Assembly (NCBI GenBank): GCA_002269645.1
Contig: NIVC01002533.1
Span: forward strand, 99,474 to 163,473
Direction of reading: 5' to 3'
From: Macrostomum lignano
Lineage: Eukaryota
Length of the DNA stretch: 64,000 nt
The translations under genes were made by a program, and so were the position numbers. This document shows positions 47,930 to 59,700 of the stretch, one piece after another. Below the pieces are notes generated by a model. That model saw nothing but the letters and a program-made list of their open reading frames with translations, did no database searches and was not told where the DNA came from. The first letter of the stretch is position 1. The number at the start of each line of letters is the position of its first letter.

Positions 47930-50340
47930 GCCAAAGCCCCTGGTGCTAAAGGCACTGGTGCTAAAGCCCCTGGTGCTAAAGCCCATGGTGCTAAAGGCAC
48001 TGGTGCTAAAGCAACTGATGCTAAAGCCCTGGTGCTAAAGCCCCTGGTGCTAAAGCCCATGGTGCTAAAGGCACTGGTGCTAAAGCCACTGATGCTAAAG
48101 CCCTGGTGCTAAAGCCACTGGTGCTAAAGCCCCTGGTGCTAAAGCCACTGGTGCTAAAGCCCCTGATGCTAAAGCCCCTGGTGCTAAAGCCCCTGGTGCT
48201 AAAGCCCCTGGTGCTAAAGCCCCTGGTGCTAAAGCCCTTGATGCTAAAGCCCCTGGTGCTAAAGGCACTGGTGCTAAAGGCACTGGTGTTAAAGGCAATG
48301 GTGCTAAAGGCACTGGTGTTAAAGGCACTGGTGCTAAAGCCCTGGTGCTAAAGCCACTGGTGTTAAAGCCCTTGATGCTAAAGCCCCTGGTGCTAAAGCC
48401 CTGGTGCTAAAGCCACTGGTGCTAAAGCCCTTGATACTAAAGCCCCTGGTGCTAAAGCCCTTGATGCTAAAGCCCAGCCCCTAGTGCTAAAGGCACTGGT
48501 GCTAAAGCCCTGGTGCTAAAGCCACTGGTGTTAAAGCCCTTGATGCTAAAGCCCCTGGTGCTAAAGCCCTTGATGCTAAAGCCCAGCCCCTAGTGCTAAA
48601 GGCACTGGTGCTAAAGCCCTGGTGCTAAAGCCACTGGTGTTAAAGCCCTTGATGCTAAAGCCCCTGGTGCTAAAGCCCTGGTGCTAAAGCCACTGGTACT
48701 AAAGCCCTTGATGCTAAAGCCCCTGGTGCTAAAGCCCTTGATGCTAAAGCCCAGCCCCTAGTGCTAAAGGCACTGGTGATAAAGCCCTGGTGCTAAAGCC
48801 ACTGGTGTTAAAGCCCTTGATGCTAAAGCCCCTGGTGCTAAAGCCCTGGTGCTAAAGCCACTGGTGCTAAAGCCCTTGATGCTAAAGCCCCTGGTGCTAA
48901 AGCCCTTGATGCTAAAGCCCTTGATGCTAAAGCCCAGCCCCTGGTGCTAAAGGCACTGGTGCTAAAGGCACTGGTGCTAAAGCCCCTGGTGCTAAAGCCA
49001 CTGGTGCTAAAGCCACTGGTGCTAAAGCCACTGGTGCTAAAGCCACTGGTGCTAAAGCCCCTGATGCTAAAGCCCTGGTGCTAAAGCCCCTGGTGCTAAA
49101 GCCCATGGTGCTAAAGCCCCTGGTGCTAAAGCCACTGATGCTAAAGCCCTGGTGCTAAAGCCCCTGGTGCTAAAGCCCCTGGTGCTAAAGCCCCTGGTGC
49201 TAAAGCCCCTGGTGCTAAAGCCCCTGGTGCTAAAGCCCCTGGTGCTAAAGCCCCTGGTGCTAAAGCCCCTGGTGCTAAAGCCCCTGGTGCTAAAGCCCCT
49301 GGTGCTAAAGCCCCTGGTGCTAAAGCCCTTGATGCTAAAGCCCCTGGTGCTAAAGGCACTGGTGCTAAAGGCACTGGTGTTAAAGGCACTGGTGCTAAAG
49401 CCCTTGATGCTAAAGCCCCTGGTGCTAAAGGCACTGGTGCTAAAGGCACTGGTGTTAAAGGCACTGGTGCTAAAGCCCTTGATGCTAAAGCCCAGCCCCT
49501 AGTGCTAAAGGCACTGGTGCTAAAGGCACTGGTGCTAAAGCCCCTGGTGCTAAAGCCACTGGTGCTAAAGCCACTGGTGCTAAAGCCACTGGTGCTAAAG
49601 CCCCTGGTGCTAAAGCCACTGGTGCTAAAGCCACTGATGCTAAAGCCCCTGGTGCTAAAGGCCCTGGTGCTAAAGCCCCTGGTGCTAAAGCCCCTGGTGC
49701 TAAAGCCTCTGGTGCTAAAGCCCCTGATGCTAAAGCCCTGGTGCTAAAGCCCCTGGTGCTAAAGCCACTGGTGCTAAAGCCCCTGGTGCTAAAGCCACTG
49801 GTGCTAAAGCCCCTGGTGCTAAAGCCCCTGGTGCTAAAGCCCCTGGTGCTAAAGCCCCTGGTGCTAAAGCCCTTGATGCTAAAGCCCCTGGTGCTAAAGG
49901 CACTGGTGCTAAAGGCACTGGTGTTAAAGGCACTGGTGCTAAAGCCCTTGATGCTAAAGCCCCTGGTGCTAAAGGCACTGGTGCTAAAGGCACTGGTGTT
50001 AAAGGCACTGGTGCTAAAGCCCTTGATGCTAAAGCCCAGCCCCTAGTGCTAAAGGCACTGGTGCTAAAGGCACTGGTGCTAAAGCCCCTGGTGCTAAAGC
50101 CACTGGTGCTAAAGCCACTGGTGCTAAAGCCACTGGTGCTAAAGCCCCTGGTGCTAAAGCCCCTGGTGCTAAAGCCACTGGTGCTAAAGCCACTGATGCT
50201 AAAGCCCCTGGTGCTAAAGGCCCTGGTGCTAAAGCCTCTGGTGCTAAAGCCCCTGGTTGCTAAAGCCCCTGGTTGCTAAAGCCCCTGGTGCTAAAGGCAC
50301 TGGTGCTAAAGACCCTGGTGCTTAAGGCACTGGTGCTTGT
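47930..50340. repeat. 15-bp minisatellite (CTGGTGCTAAAGCCC)n with higher-order block duplications
   Basis: Visible; the LVLKP ORFs are repeat translations. Confidence 0.97.
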
Positions 50341-50497
50341 GAAATTTATTCAAAAATTTCACATTTTTAATATTTTTTTTTTGAAAAAATGTTTGATTTT
50401 CAAACTGGAAGCTCAGCTGATGGTATTTAGATAATTTATGACCTAAAATAACAATTCCTCTGTCCTGTCCATCGAGCTACTTTAGCGATCAAATAAA

Positions 50498-50934
50498 TCA
50501 TATCTGCTGCTGCTGCTGCTGCCGCTGCTCCTTTTTCCAGCGCATCCGCCGGTTCTGGTACCAAATCTTCACGTGCCTCTCCGTCACCTGAAGACTGTCT
50601 GCCAGCTCCCTTCTTCTGGCTCTAGTCAGGTATTTGGTGAAGTGGAATTCTTTTTCAAGTTCCAACAATTGCAGGCGACTGTAGTTAGTTCTTTGTCGTC
50701 TGATTTTCACGACTGCCTGTTGTTGATACTGCAGGTGGCTGCTGGTGCTTGATTGACTCTTGCCTGACCACAGAATCTGCTGCTGATGATGAGGTTGTCC
50801 GGTTTTAGGATCTGCCGCCTCGCTTTTGACCTCTGTGCACCTTCTGGGATCCGACTGTGCTGGAGAGTGGTGATTATTGATGGAATTGTTTTGTTTCGTT
50901 AAAAATCTGACTCGATCTTAAGTACCTGCGCCAT
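50498..50934 (-). CDS. ANTP/HOXL-class homeobox protein, divergent. Model: ATG at 50934, MAQ, 71-nt intron 50925-50855, exon 50854-50498 (121 aa)
   Basis: Homeodomain [59 protein letters not shown] is unambiguous. The frame is open from ~50915 to the stop at 50498. The 5' end is uncertain. Confidence 0.85.
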
Positions 50935-51064
50935 GTACTTACAAGCCTACTGTAAGTAGCAAACCGTGCGATAATTAAAAAAAGTTATTAACATGACGGG
51001 TAGTTTAACTTTTATGAATTTTCGGTTTTACGCATCTCGAGGTGACACCAGTGACATATAACAA

Positions 51065-52585
51065 TGTGACGCTATCCTGTCTAACATGTGACGCTATCCT
51101 GTCTAACATGTGACGCTATCCTGTCTAACATGTGACGCTATCCTGTCTAACATGTGACGCTATCCTGTCTAACATGTGACGCTATCCTGTCTAACAGGTG
51201 ACACTTTTGTCTAACAGGTGACACTCCTGTCTAACCGGTGATATTCCTGTCTAACAGGTGACACTCCTGTCTAACAGGTTACACTCCTGTCTAACCAGTG
51301 ACACACCTGTCTAACAGGTGACACTCCTGTCTAACAGGTGACACTCCTATCTAACAGGTTACACTCCTGTCTAACCAGTGACACACCTGTCTAACAGGTG
51401 ACACTCCTGTCTAACAGGTGACACTCCCGTCTAACACGTGAAATTCCTGTCTAACAGGTGAAATTCCTGTCTAACAGGTGAAATTCCTGTCTAACAGGTG
51501 ACACTCCCGTCTAACAGGTGATATTCCTGTCTAACAGGTGACACTCCTGTCTAACAGGTGACATTCCTGTCTAACAGGTGACACTCCTGTCTAACAGGTG
51601 ATATTCCTGTCTAACAGGTGACACTCCTGTCTAACAGGTGACACTCCTGTCTAACAGGTGATATTCCTGTCTAACAGGTGACACTCCTGTCTAACAGGTG
51701 ACACTCCCGTCTAACAGGTGAAATTCCTGTTTAACAGGTGAAATTCCTGTCTAACAGGTGACACTCCTGTCTAACAGGTGATATTCCTGTCTAACAGGTG
51801 ACACTCCTGTCCAACAGGTGACACTCCTGTCTAACAGGTGACACTCCTGTCTAACAGGTGACACTCCTGTCTAACAGGTGACATTCCTGTCTAACAGGTG
51901 ACACTCCTGTCTAACAGGTGACACTCCTGTCTAACAGGTGATATTCCTGTCTAACAGGTGACACTCCTGTCCAACAGGTGACACTCCTGTCTAACAGGTG
52001 ATATTCCTGTCTAACAGGTGACACTCCTGTCTAACAGGTGACACTCCTGCCTAAAAGGTGAAATTCCTGTCTAACAGGTGACACTCCTGTCTAACAGGTG
52101 ACATTCCTGTCTAACAGGTGACACTCCTGTCTAACAGGTGACACTCCTGTCTAACAGGTGATATTCCTGTCTAACAGGTGACACTCTTGTCCAACAGGTG
52201 ACACTCCTGTCTAACAGGTGATATTCCTGTCTAACAGGTGACACTCTTGTCTAACAGGTGACACTCCTGTCTGACAGATGACACTCTTGTCTAACAGGTG
52301 ACACTCCTGTCTAACAGGTGACATTATCCTGTCTAACAGGTGACACTCCTATCTAACAGGTTACACTCCTGTCTAACAGGTGACACTCCTGTCTAACAGG
52401 TGACACTCCTGTCTAACAGGTGACATTATCCTGTCTAACAGGTGACACACCTGTCTAACAGGTGACACTCCTGTCTAACAGGTGACATTATCCTGTCTAA
52501 CAGGTGACACACCTGTCTAACAGGTGATATTCCTGTCTAACAGGTGACACTCCTGTCTAACAGGTGACACTCCTGTCTTAAGGTG
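51065..52585. repeat. 20-bp minisatellite (CTAACAGGTGACACTCCTGT)n, ~75 copies
   Basis: Visible; each unit contains CAGGTG and the inverted repeat ACAGG/CCTGT. Confidence 0.97.
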
Positions 52586-53689
52586 ACCTATGCAACTTTC
52601 ACCCTAACTATCTCCCTAACTAACTAACTAACAGCCAATTATTTCTATATATGTGCACGATTTTAAGACACCCATATATACCCGTAGCATGCTATAGTAC
52701 AATATTGGATAACAAATTATGGTTTATCAGAGGCCTTCGTCACAAGTTTGCATATCATCGCCGTACTGCAGTTGACTATCAGATCTTAGATAATACGAAC
52801 TGCACATTAAACTGCGCATTTCTATAGACGCTGCACTTTAAGGTACGGACGGTGAAATTAAACAATTTAGTAGTTTATTAAACCTTAGTGAATGCATACT
52901 ATTAGTATTAGTAATCATAGTCCGAGCTATTTGTTTTTTGAATCTGAACAATTGCTTGTACTGTATAGTATCTTATAAAAAATCCTCCATATCTCTCTCT
53001 CCCCCTCTCTCCCTTTTCTTTCTTAGTTCACGTCTAGAAGGCAAAAACGGTTCCAATAGCAGTTGCCGCCCACCCCACCCCAGCCTGCAGCTGATTCGTC
53101 ATCTATCTCTGGCAGACTCTCTCCAGCGCACGGGTTGAGGGTTTTGCCTAAGAGGGTTCGGTCTGACTGCATGGCACCCCTTCTTGCGCTGCTTGTGCCT
53201 GACGAACAGTCCAAGACTAAGAAAGGAGAGAACCGCAGTTGTTATATAAAACGCTTCGCCTAACACTGTTTGTGCCATTCTGTTGTTACAGCAAGCAAGC
53301 AGTCTTGTTCGGTCCTCGAATAACTCGGTCTCAACTTGGAAGTACGGTTGGAGTACAGACGGGGGCTCGGCTGGGACAGTACTTGAAAAGTGAACTGACA
53401 TTTATTTAGGTCTGTCTCTACTACATCTGGACGCTGGTCTGTGTGTTGACAGTTCTTGACAGCTGTTAAGCCAACTAGAATTTTAAGACGACAGATTCTT
53501 GTTACGAAAGGCTTGAAGAAGTAGAAAATTACAGTGCTGCAAGCAACACAACATGAAGCTGTTTGTATTGACTTTGCTGCTACAAAACTGCCTGACAACT
53601 TCTGTCTGGAGCAGAGTGGCTGAAACTCTGCCAGATGGAGTACGGCGTGAGTAACCTGATTGCATAACTCATCTCAGAATTCTTAGATC

Positions 53690-54605
53690 TAATCTAGTCT
53701 CATCGTGAATCTCACATCGAGTCGGATCTCTATCTCTTGTCTCATCTAGAATCTCACATCTAGTGAAATCTCCATCTCTAGTCTCATTAAGAACCTCACC
53801 TCTAGTGCAATCTCCATCTCTAGTCTCAATCTACGAGTAGAATCTCACCTCTAGTTCAATCTCCATCTCTAGTCTCAATCTAGAATCTCACCTCTAGTGA
53901 AGTCTCCATCTCTAGTCTCATCTAGAATCTCACACCGAGTCTAATCTCCATCTCTAGTCTCATTAAGAATCTCACCTCTAGTTAAATCTCCATCTCTAGT
54001 ATCATCTAGAATCTCACACTGAGTCTATTCTCTATCTCTAGTCTCATCTAGGATCTCAACTCTAGTGAAATCTCCATCTCTAGTCTCATCTAGAATCTCA
54101 CCTCTAGTGAAATCTCCATCTCTAGTCTCATCTAGAATCTCACACCGAGTCTAATCTCCATCTCTAGTCTCATTAAGAATCTCACTAAAGTCCAATCTCC
54201 ATCTCTAGTATCATCTAAAATCTCACACTGAGTCTATTCTCTATCTCTAGTCTCATCTAGAATTTCACACTGATTTCAATCTCCATCTCTAGTCTCAACT
54301 AGAATCTCACATCGAGTCGAATCTCAATCTCTAGTCTCATCTTAGAATCTCACATCGAGTCAAATCTCCGTCTTTAGTCTCAATCTAGAATCTCACCTCT
54401 TAGTTGAATCTCTATCTCTAGTCTGATCTAGAATCTCACACCGAGTCTAATCTCCATCTCTAGTCTCATTAAGAATCTCACTAAAGTCCAATCTCCATCT
54501 CTAGTATCATCTAGAATCTCACACTGAGTCTATTCTCTATCTCTAGTCTCATCTAGAATCTCACATCGAGTCGAATCTCCATCTCTAGTCTCATCTAGAA
54601 TCTCA
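53690..54605. repeat. Degenerate ~42-bp tandem repeat (CTAGAATCTCAC...ATCTCCATCTCTAGTCTCAT)n
   Basis: Visible. Confidence 0.85.
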
Positions 54606-54884
54606 CCGTAAAAAATCACTCATTAGCTGAAAATACTCATCCGTTGTCAAGGCAAACAAACCAACACTTAACGCCCGGCAGGCTACCACGACGGCAGAGT
54701 CATATTCGACTTGCTCGCCGCTCTGAAATCGGGACCTACACCAATCAGTGCTCTCGGTTTCTCTGAGTACGCTTCTCCGTTTCAAGGCGACGCCAGGGCT
54801 GTGGTGTTCAGAGGTGAGACGAACTGGGGTGCGGGGTTGACGGCTCATTGATGGAGGAATGAGGCTGTGGATAGTAAGGGTAGA

Positions 54885-55860
54885 GGTTGGAGACAAAAGT
54901 AGAGGTTGGAGAGAGAAGTAGAGACTGGAGAGATAAGTAGAGAGTGGAGAGAGAAGTAGAGACTGGAGAGAGAAGTAGAGGATGGAGAGAGAAGTAGAGG
55001 GTGGAGAGAGAAGTAAAGGGTGGAGAGAGAAGTAGAGGGTGGAGAGAGAAGTAGAGGGTGGAGAGAGAAGTAAAGGGTGGAGAGAGAAGTAGAGGATGGA
55101 GAGAGAAGTAGAGGGTGGAGAGAGAAGTAGAGGGTGGAAAGAGAAGTAGAGGAGGGTGGAAAGAGAAGTAGAGCGTGGAGAGAGAAGTAGAGGAGGGTGG
55201 AAAGAGAAGTAGAGCGTGGAGAGAGAAGTAGAGGAGGGTGGAAAGAGAAGTAGAGCGTGGAGAGAGAAGTAGAGGGTGGAGAGAGAAGTAGAGGGTGGAA
55301 AGAGAAGTAGAGGAGGGTGGAAAGAGAAGTTGAGGGTGGAGAGAGAAGTAGAGGGTGGAGAGAGAAGTAGAGAGTGAAGAGAGAAGTAGAGACTGGCGAG
55401 AGAAGTAGAGGGTGGAGAGATAAGTAGAGAGTGGAGAGAGAAGTAGAGACTGGAGAGAGAAGTAGAGAGTGAAGAGAGAAGTAGAGGGTGGAGAGAGAAG
55501 TAGAGGATGGAGAAAGAAGTAGAGGGTGGAGAGAGAAGTAAAGGGTGGAGAGAGAAGTAGAGGGTGGAGAGAGAAGTAGAGGGTGGAGAGAGAAGTAAAG
55601 GGTGGAGAGAGAAGTAGAGGATGGAGAGAGAAGTAGAGGGTGGAGAGAGAAGTAGAGCGTGGAGAGAGAAGTAGAGGAGGGTGGAAAGAGAAGTAGAGCG
55701 TGGAGAGAGAAGTAGAGGAGGGTGGAAAGAGAAGTAGAGGGAGGAGAGAGAAGTAGAGGGAGGAGAGAGAAGTAGAGGGTGGAGAGAGAAGTAGAGGGTG
55801 GAAAGAGAAGTAGAGGGAGGAGAGAGAAGTAGAGGAGGGTGGAAAGAGAAGTTGAGGATG
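54885..55860. repeat. GA-rich ~19-22-bp minisatellite (GAGAGAAGTAGAGGGTGGA)n
   Basis: Visible. Confidence 0.95.
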
Positions 55861-56773
55861 GAGAATTTTCCGAAGATAGGAGATATCGAAAATTGGGAAT
55901 AATGCTTCGGAAAGACAGCAAAGGGCATATTTTGTGGAAAGGTTTGAAAAGTCAAGCATCACGTTCGTTCTGCTCCGGTGTCTGAATTCGACCTGCTCAC
56001 ACACGACAGCAATGTATCCAATTTTGAGCATTCTATCACCAGCTGCTGTTGTGTCGAAACGCAAACTTTAGTTGCTACATATCATGCGAGTTGACAGCAC
56101 TGAACCCAGCTAAGCATGAGTACGATGCCATTCGTGAGGACTGGCATCGAATCCAATGATTGATTTATTATTAGATTGTAGCACTCCTCTGAGCCCGACT
56201 CGTATATGTGAATTCAACTGTCAATCATGAATTATCTATGCCAAGCTTATTAACGAATAATTATATGAACAGTTTGGTCCTTTTTCTAAGCTAATTATAA
56301 AATATCGCAGTTTTTCGTTATTTTTCGATATGATATGGAAAATGTTAGAGTTGTGAGTGAAGAAGATAGCATAAAGGTAGGGGATGGAAGAGGAGAGAAG
56401 AAAAATGGGGAGATTGAAAAGATAGGGAGTGAGGTAGAGAGGGAGATAGTGAGGGGATAGATAAGAAGATAGAGAGGGGGACAGAGAGGGAGATAGAGAG
56501 GGGATAGAGGGTGATGGAGAATTAGCAATAAAGCATTCGCCCTAGAAGAAACCTAGGCTCATTATTCCCTACAAAATTTCGGCTTGATTTCAAGCACAAG
56601 CGGCAGCATAATTTTTCTCTGAAGTGCTTTGATACCTACAGCAATGTTTTCGCATTTCCTGTGCCATGTTCTGACCGCCTTTGCCTCGTGACTAAACATA
56701 CACTTGGCGCTCCGCCCCACTCCCCCGCGACCTCCCTCTCTCGCTGAACCACCGCAAGAAAAAAATAAACCCC

Positions 56774-59700
56774 ATGTACCATGCTTTTTTCACCGCGACA
56801 GCGCCAAACCGCTACGGTCTGATCGGCGCCTCAGTTACCAGGGCGATTGTTCGAGCGTTGAATGGAGCTCGCGACTTCACCCTGCTGTTCACGCTGAAGC
56901 AGAACAGCACCAATGTTGGCAGTCTGCTATCCTTCACTAGCAGTAATAACAGGCGGTGAGAGTCGTTTAATATTCATTTTAACTCGGGCACAAGCCGGGG
57001 TAGATCGTAGCTAAGGGGTCTAACGTATTGATCTTGCACTCCGAAGGACCGGGGTTCGATTCCACGCGGCAACACAATAATTTCGACTGCTATATAGGGC
57101 AGTATTAGCCAGGGAAAGTATGAAAATTTCTATACATATCAACTAAAGTCCTCTGACATTCATACCCAAGGTCTCAGGTTCGATTCCCCAATCTGCAACT
57201 ATTGCTTTGTCGTTGCTAAAGAGCGAGAAAAGTTTTCGATACATATCGGACAGCATCAGATGCTCCATGTTTAACTGAAAATTCCGGGGTTGGATTTCAC
57301 TTCAATTCAGAATGATTTCGAGAAAACCCTTTATCGATACATATCGGCTAAATTATCCCCGTTAATTATTCCAGACTGCTAGAACTTCAGAGCGCATGGC
57401 GCAAAGAGGAACTCCGATTGCACTACGTGATGAACCAGGCCGCCAATATGATCAACGTTGAGAAGCTGGCCTATCAACTGGCTGACAACCTTTGGCACCA
57501 GGTGGCTCTGACCATCAGCGGTAGTCAAGTGGTGCTACTCGTCGACTGTCAGAAAATCTACGACCGAGTCCTGTACCGGCCTATCAAGGAGGATCTGTTC
57601 CGACACAGCAGCAACCTGTGGCTGGGCCAGCGAGGACGATGGAATTCCTACTTTGAGGTGAGTGCTGAGTTAGAAGTAAACGATGTAATTCTGTCTCATC
57701 TGGCATCATCTTTTCTGACACTCCAGTGGCTTAGTCTTATCAGACATCCCCCTATCTTCATCGACAACCCAGTCTCTTACCAGACTTCCCCTGTCTTCAT
57801 TGACAACCCAAAGTCTTATCAGACACCCCAAGTATCTTATCTGACACCTTGGTGTCTCATCTGACACCCAGGTGTCTCATCTGACATCCCAGAGTCTTAT
57901 CTGACACCCCAGTATCTTATCTAACACCCCTGTGTCTCATCTGACACCCCAGAGTCTTATTTGACACTCCAGTGTCGTTTCTGACACACTAGAGTCTTAT
58001 TTGACACCTTAGTGCCTTATCTGACACCCAAGAGTCTAATCTGACACTCCAGTGTCGTTTCTGACACACTAGAGTCTTATTTGACACTCCAGTGTTGTTT
58101 CTGACACACTAGAGTCTTATTTGACACCCTAGTGCCTTATCTGACACCCCAGTGTCTTATCTGACACCCCAGTGCCTTATCTGACACCCCAGTGTCTTAT
58201 CTGACACCTCAGTGCCTTATCTGACACCCAGTGTCTTATCTGACACCTCAGTGTCTTATCTGACACCTGTGTCTTATCTGACACCCAGAGTCTTATCTGA
58301 CACCTCAGTGCCTTATCTGACACCCCAGAGTCTTATCTGACACCTAGTGTCTCATCCAATGTCTTTTCTGACACTCAGAGTCTCCACTGACACCAATTCC
58401 ATTCTAAAAAAACTTATTCGTGACGCTGATCTTCTATGCTGCCAACTCAACGCCCAGGGCGAGATGCAGGAGGCCATGCTGGTGATCGGTCAGCACGGAT
58501 CTCTGGAGCAGTGCCCGCACACCGAGTCACGTGAGTTGCCAAGCAAAATAATCATATAAATTGTAAAATTCTGTCTGTCTGGTGCTCGCTATGCTGGTAT
58601 CAAGATCATAATGACGGACGGTATTTTTAGTCTTTACTAAACTAGTAGACTTTCTAATCCACATTGCCCACGTGTTTGCATGTCAATCAACACAGTTCGA
58701 GTTTTACTGATGGGTATCACATCAAGCTATATAAGTGCTTCAGCGTCAATTCGAACCCTTAGCAGTGTTCGTGGGAGAAGATTCTTATCTTCGATGCTGG
58801 GTCTCATGCTTTCCTTCCTTCGTTCCGCCTTCCTCCCTGTGTCTATCTGTCTAGTGGGAGCTAAAGCCAACACCGAACTAAAGTTAGGAATAATCCCATA
58901 AAGTTTCCAGTGTGTGTAGCAGCCGTCGCTTCTCTCATCGGATTGCCATCTTATATTTTTATAGCCTCATATAATTTAACAGTTCTCTTAGCCTCTGTCT
59001 GGGGTGCCGTAGCCCAGTGGTCTGGCGCGGCGCTCTGACGCGCCAGCGGCCCAGGCTCGATTCCAAGTGCAGTCGCATTAATTTGGGACTGAATTGGAAT
59101 CTTGGCTTGGCTCTGCTCGTGCGATTAACGGCCTTGAGGGCCAACCCACCAAAGTGTACATGCCTAACGATCAATTAAGTTAGGGTCGCTGTGCACTCCT
59201 GTGTGAGTGTGTGCCTGTGCGTAGGACTGCGTTGGTATCAGCGCGCTTGTGTGCTTGTAATGCCTCTCGCCGGTTGTGTGACAATGTCGCTTAAAGTTCT
59301 TAAAGTACAAACAACGCCAAGCCTCTAATAAAAATAGGTTCTGTCTGTCTGGCTTGGTTTATGACTTTATATAGCCTTAATTAAGTATTAAAGCGCGTTC
59401 CTAAAATCGGGCTACAGGTACAGGACATCAAATAAACAAACTGGTTTTAAATATAATTCTTTTCTCACACGCCTATTCTAGCGCTTTTGAAATAATAACA
59501 CAAATTGGAAATTTCAGTTTGTCCCACGTGTGGTCAGCACAGGCTGTTGGCTCAGGCGGTGCAGCAGCTGCAGACCGAGATGCACCGCGTCAAGATGCAG
59601 GTTAGCGATTGCAAAGCTTCTGATGTTCCGATGGATCCCAATTCTATATTTGCAAATTCCCAAAAGAACTGAAGCCGATACGGGACCAAATTTAATTCTC

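Noticed and set aside
57003-57075. Functional tRNA-Ala(TGC)
   Set aside because: Acceptor and anticodon stems do not pair; treated as a tRNA-derived relic.
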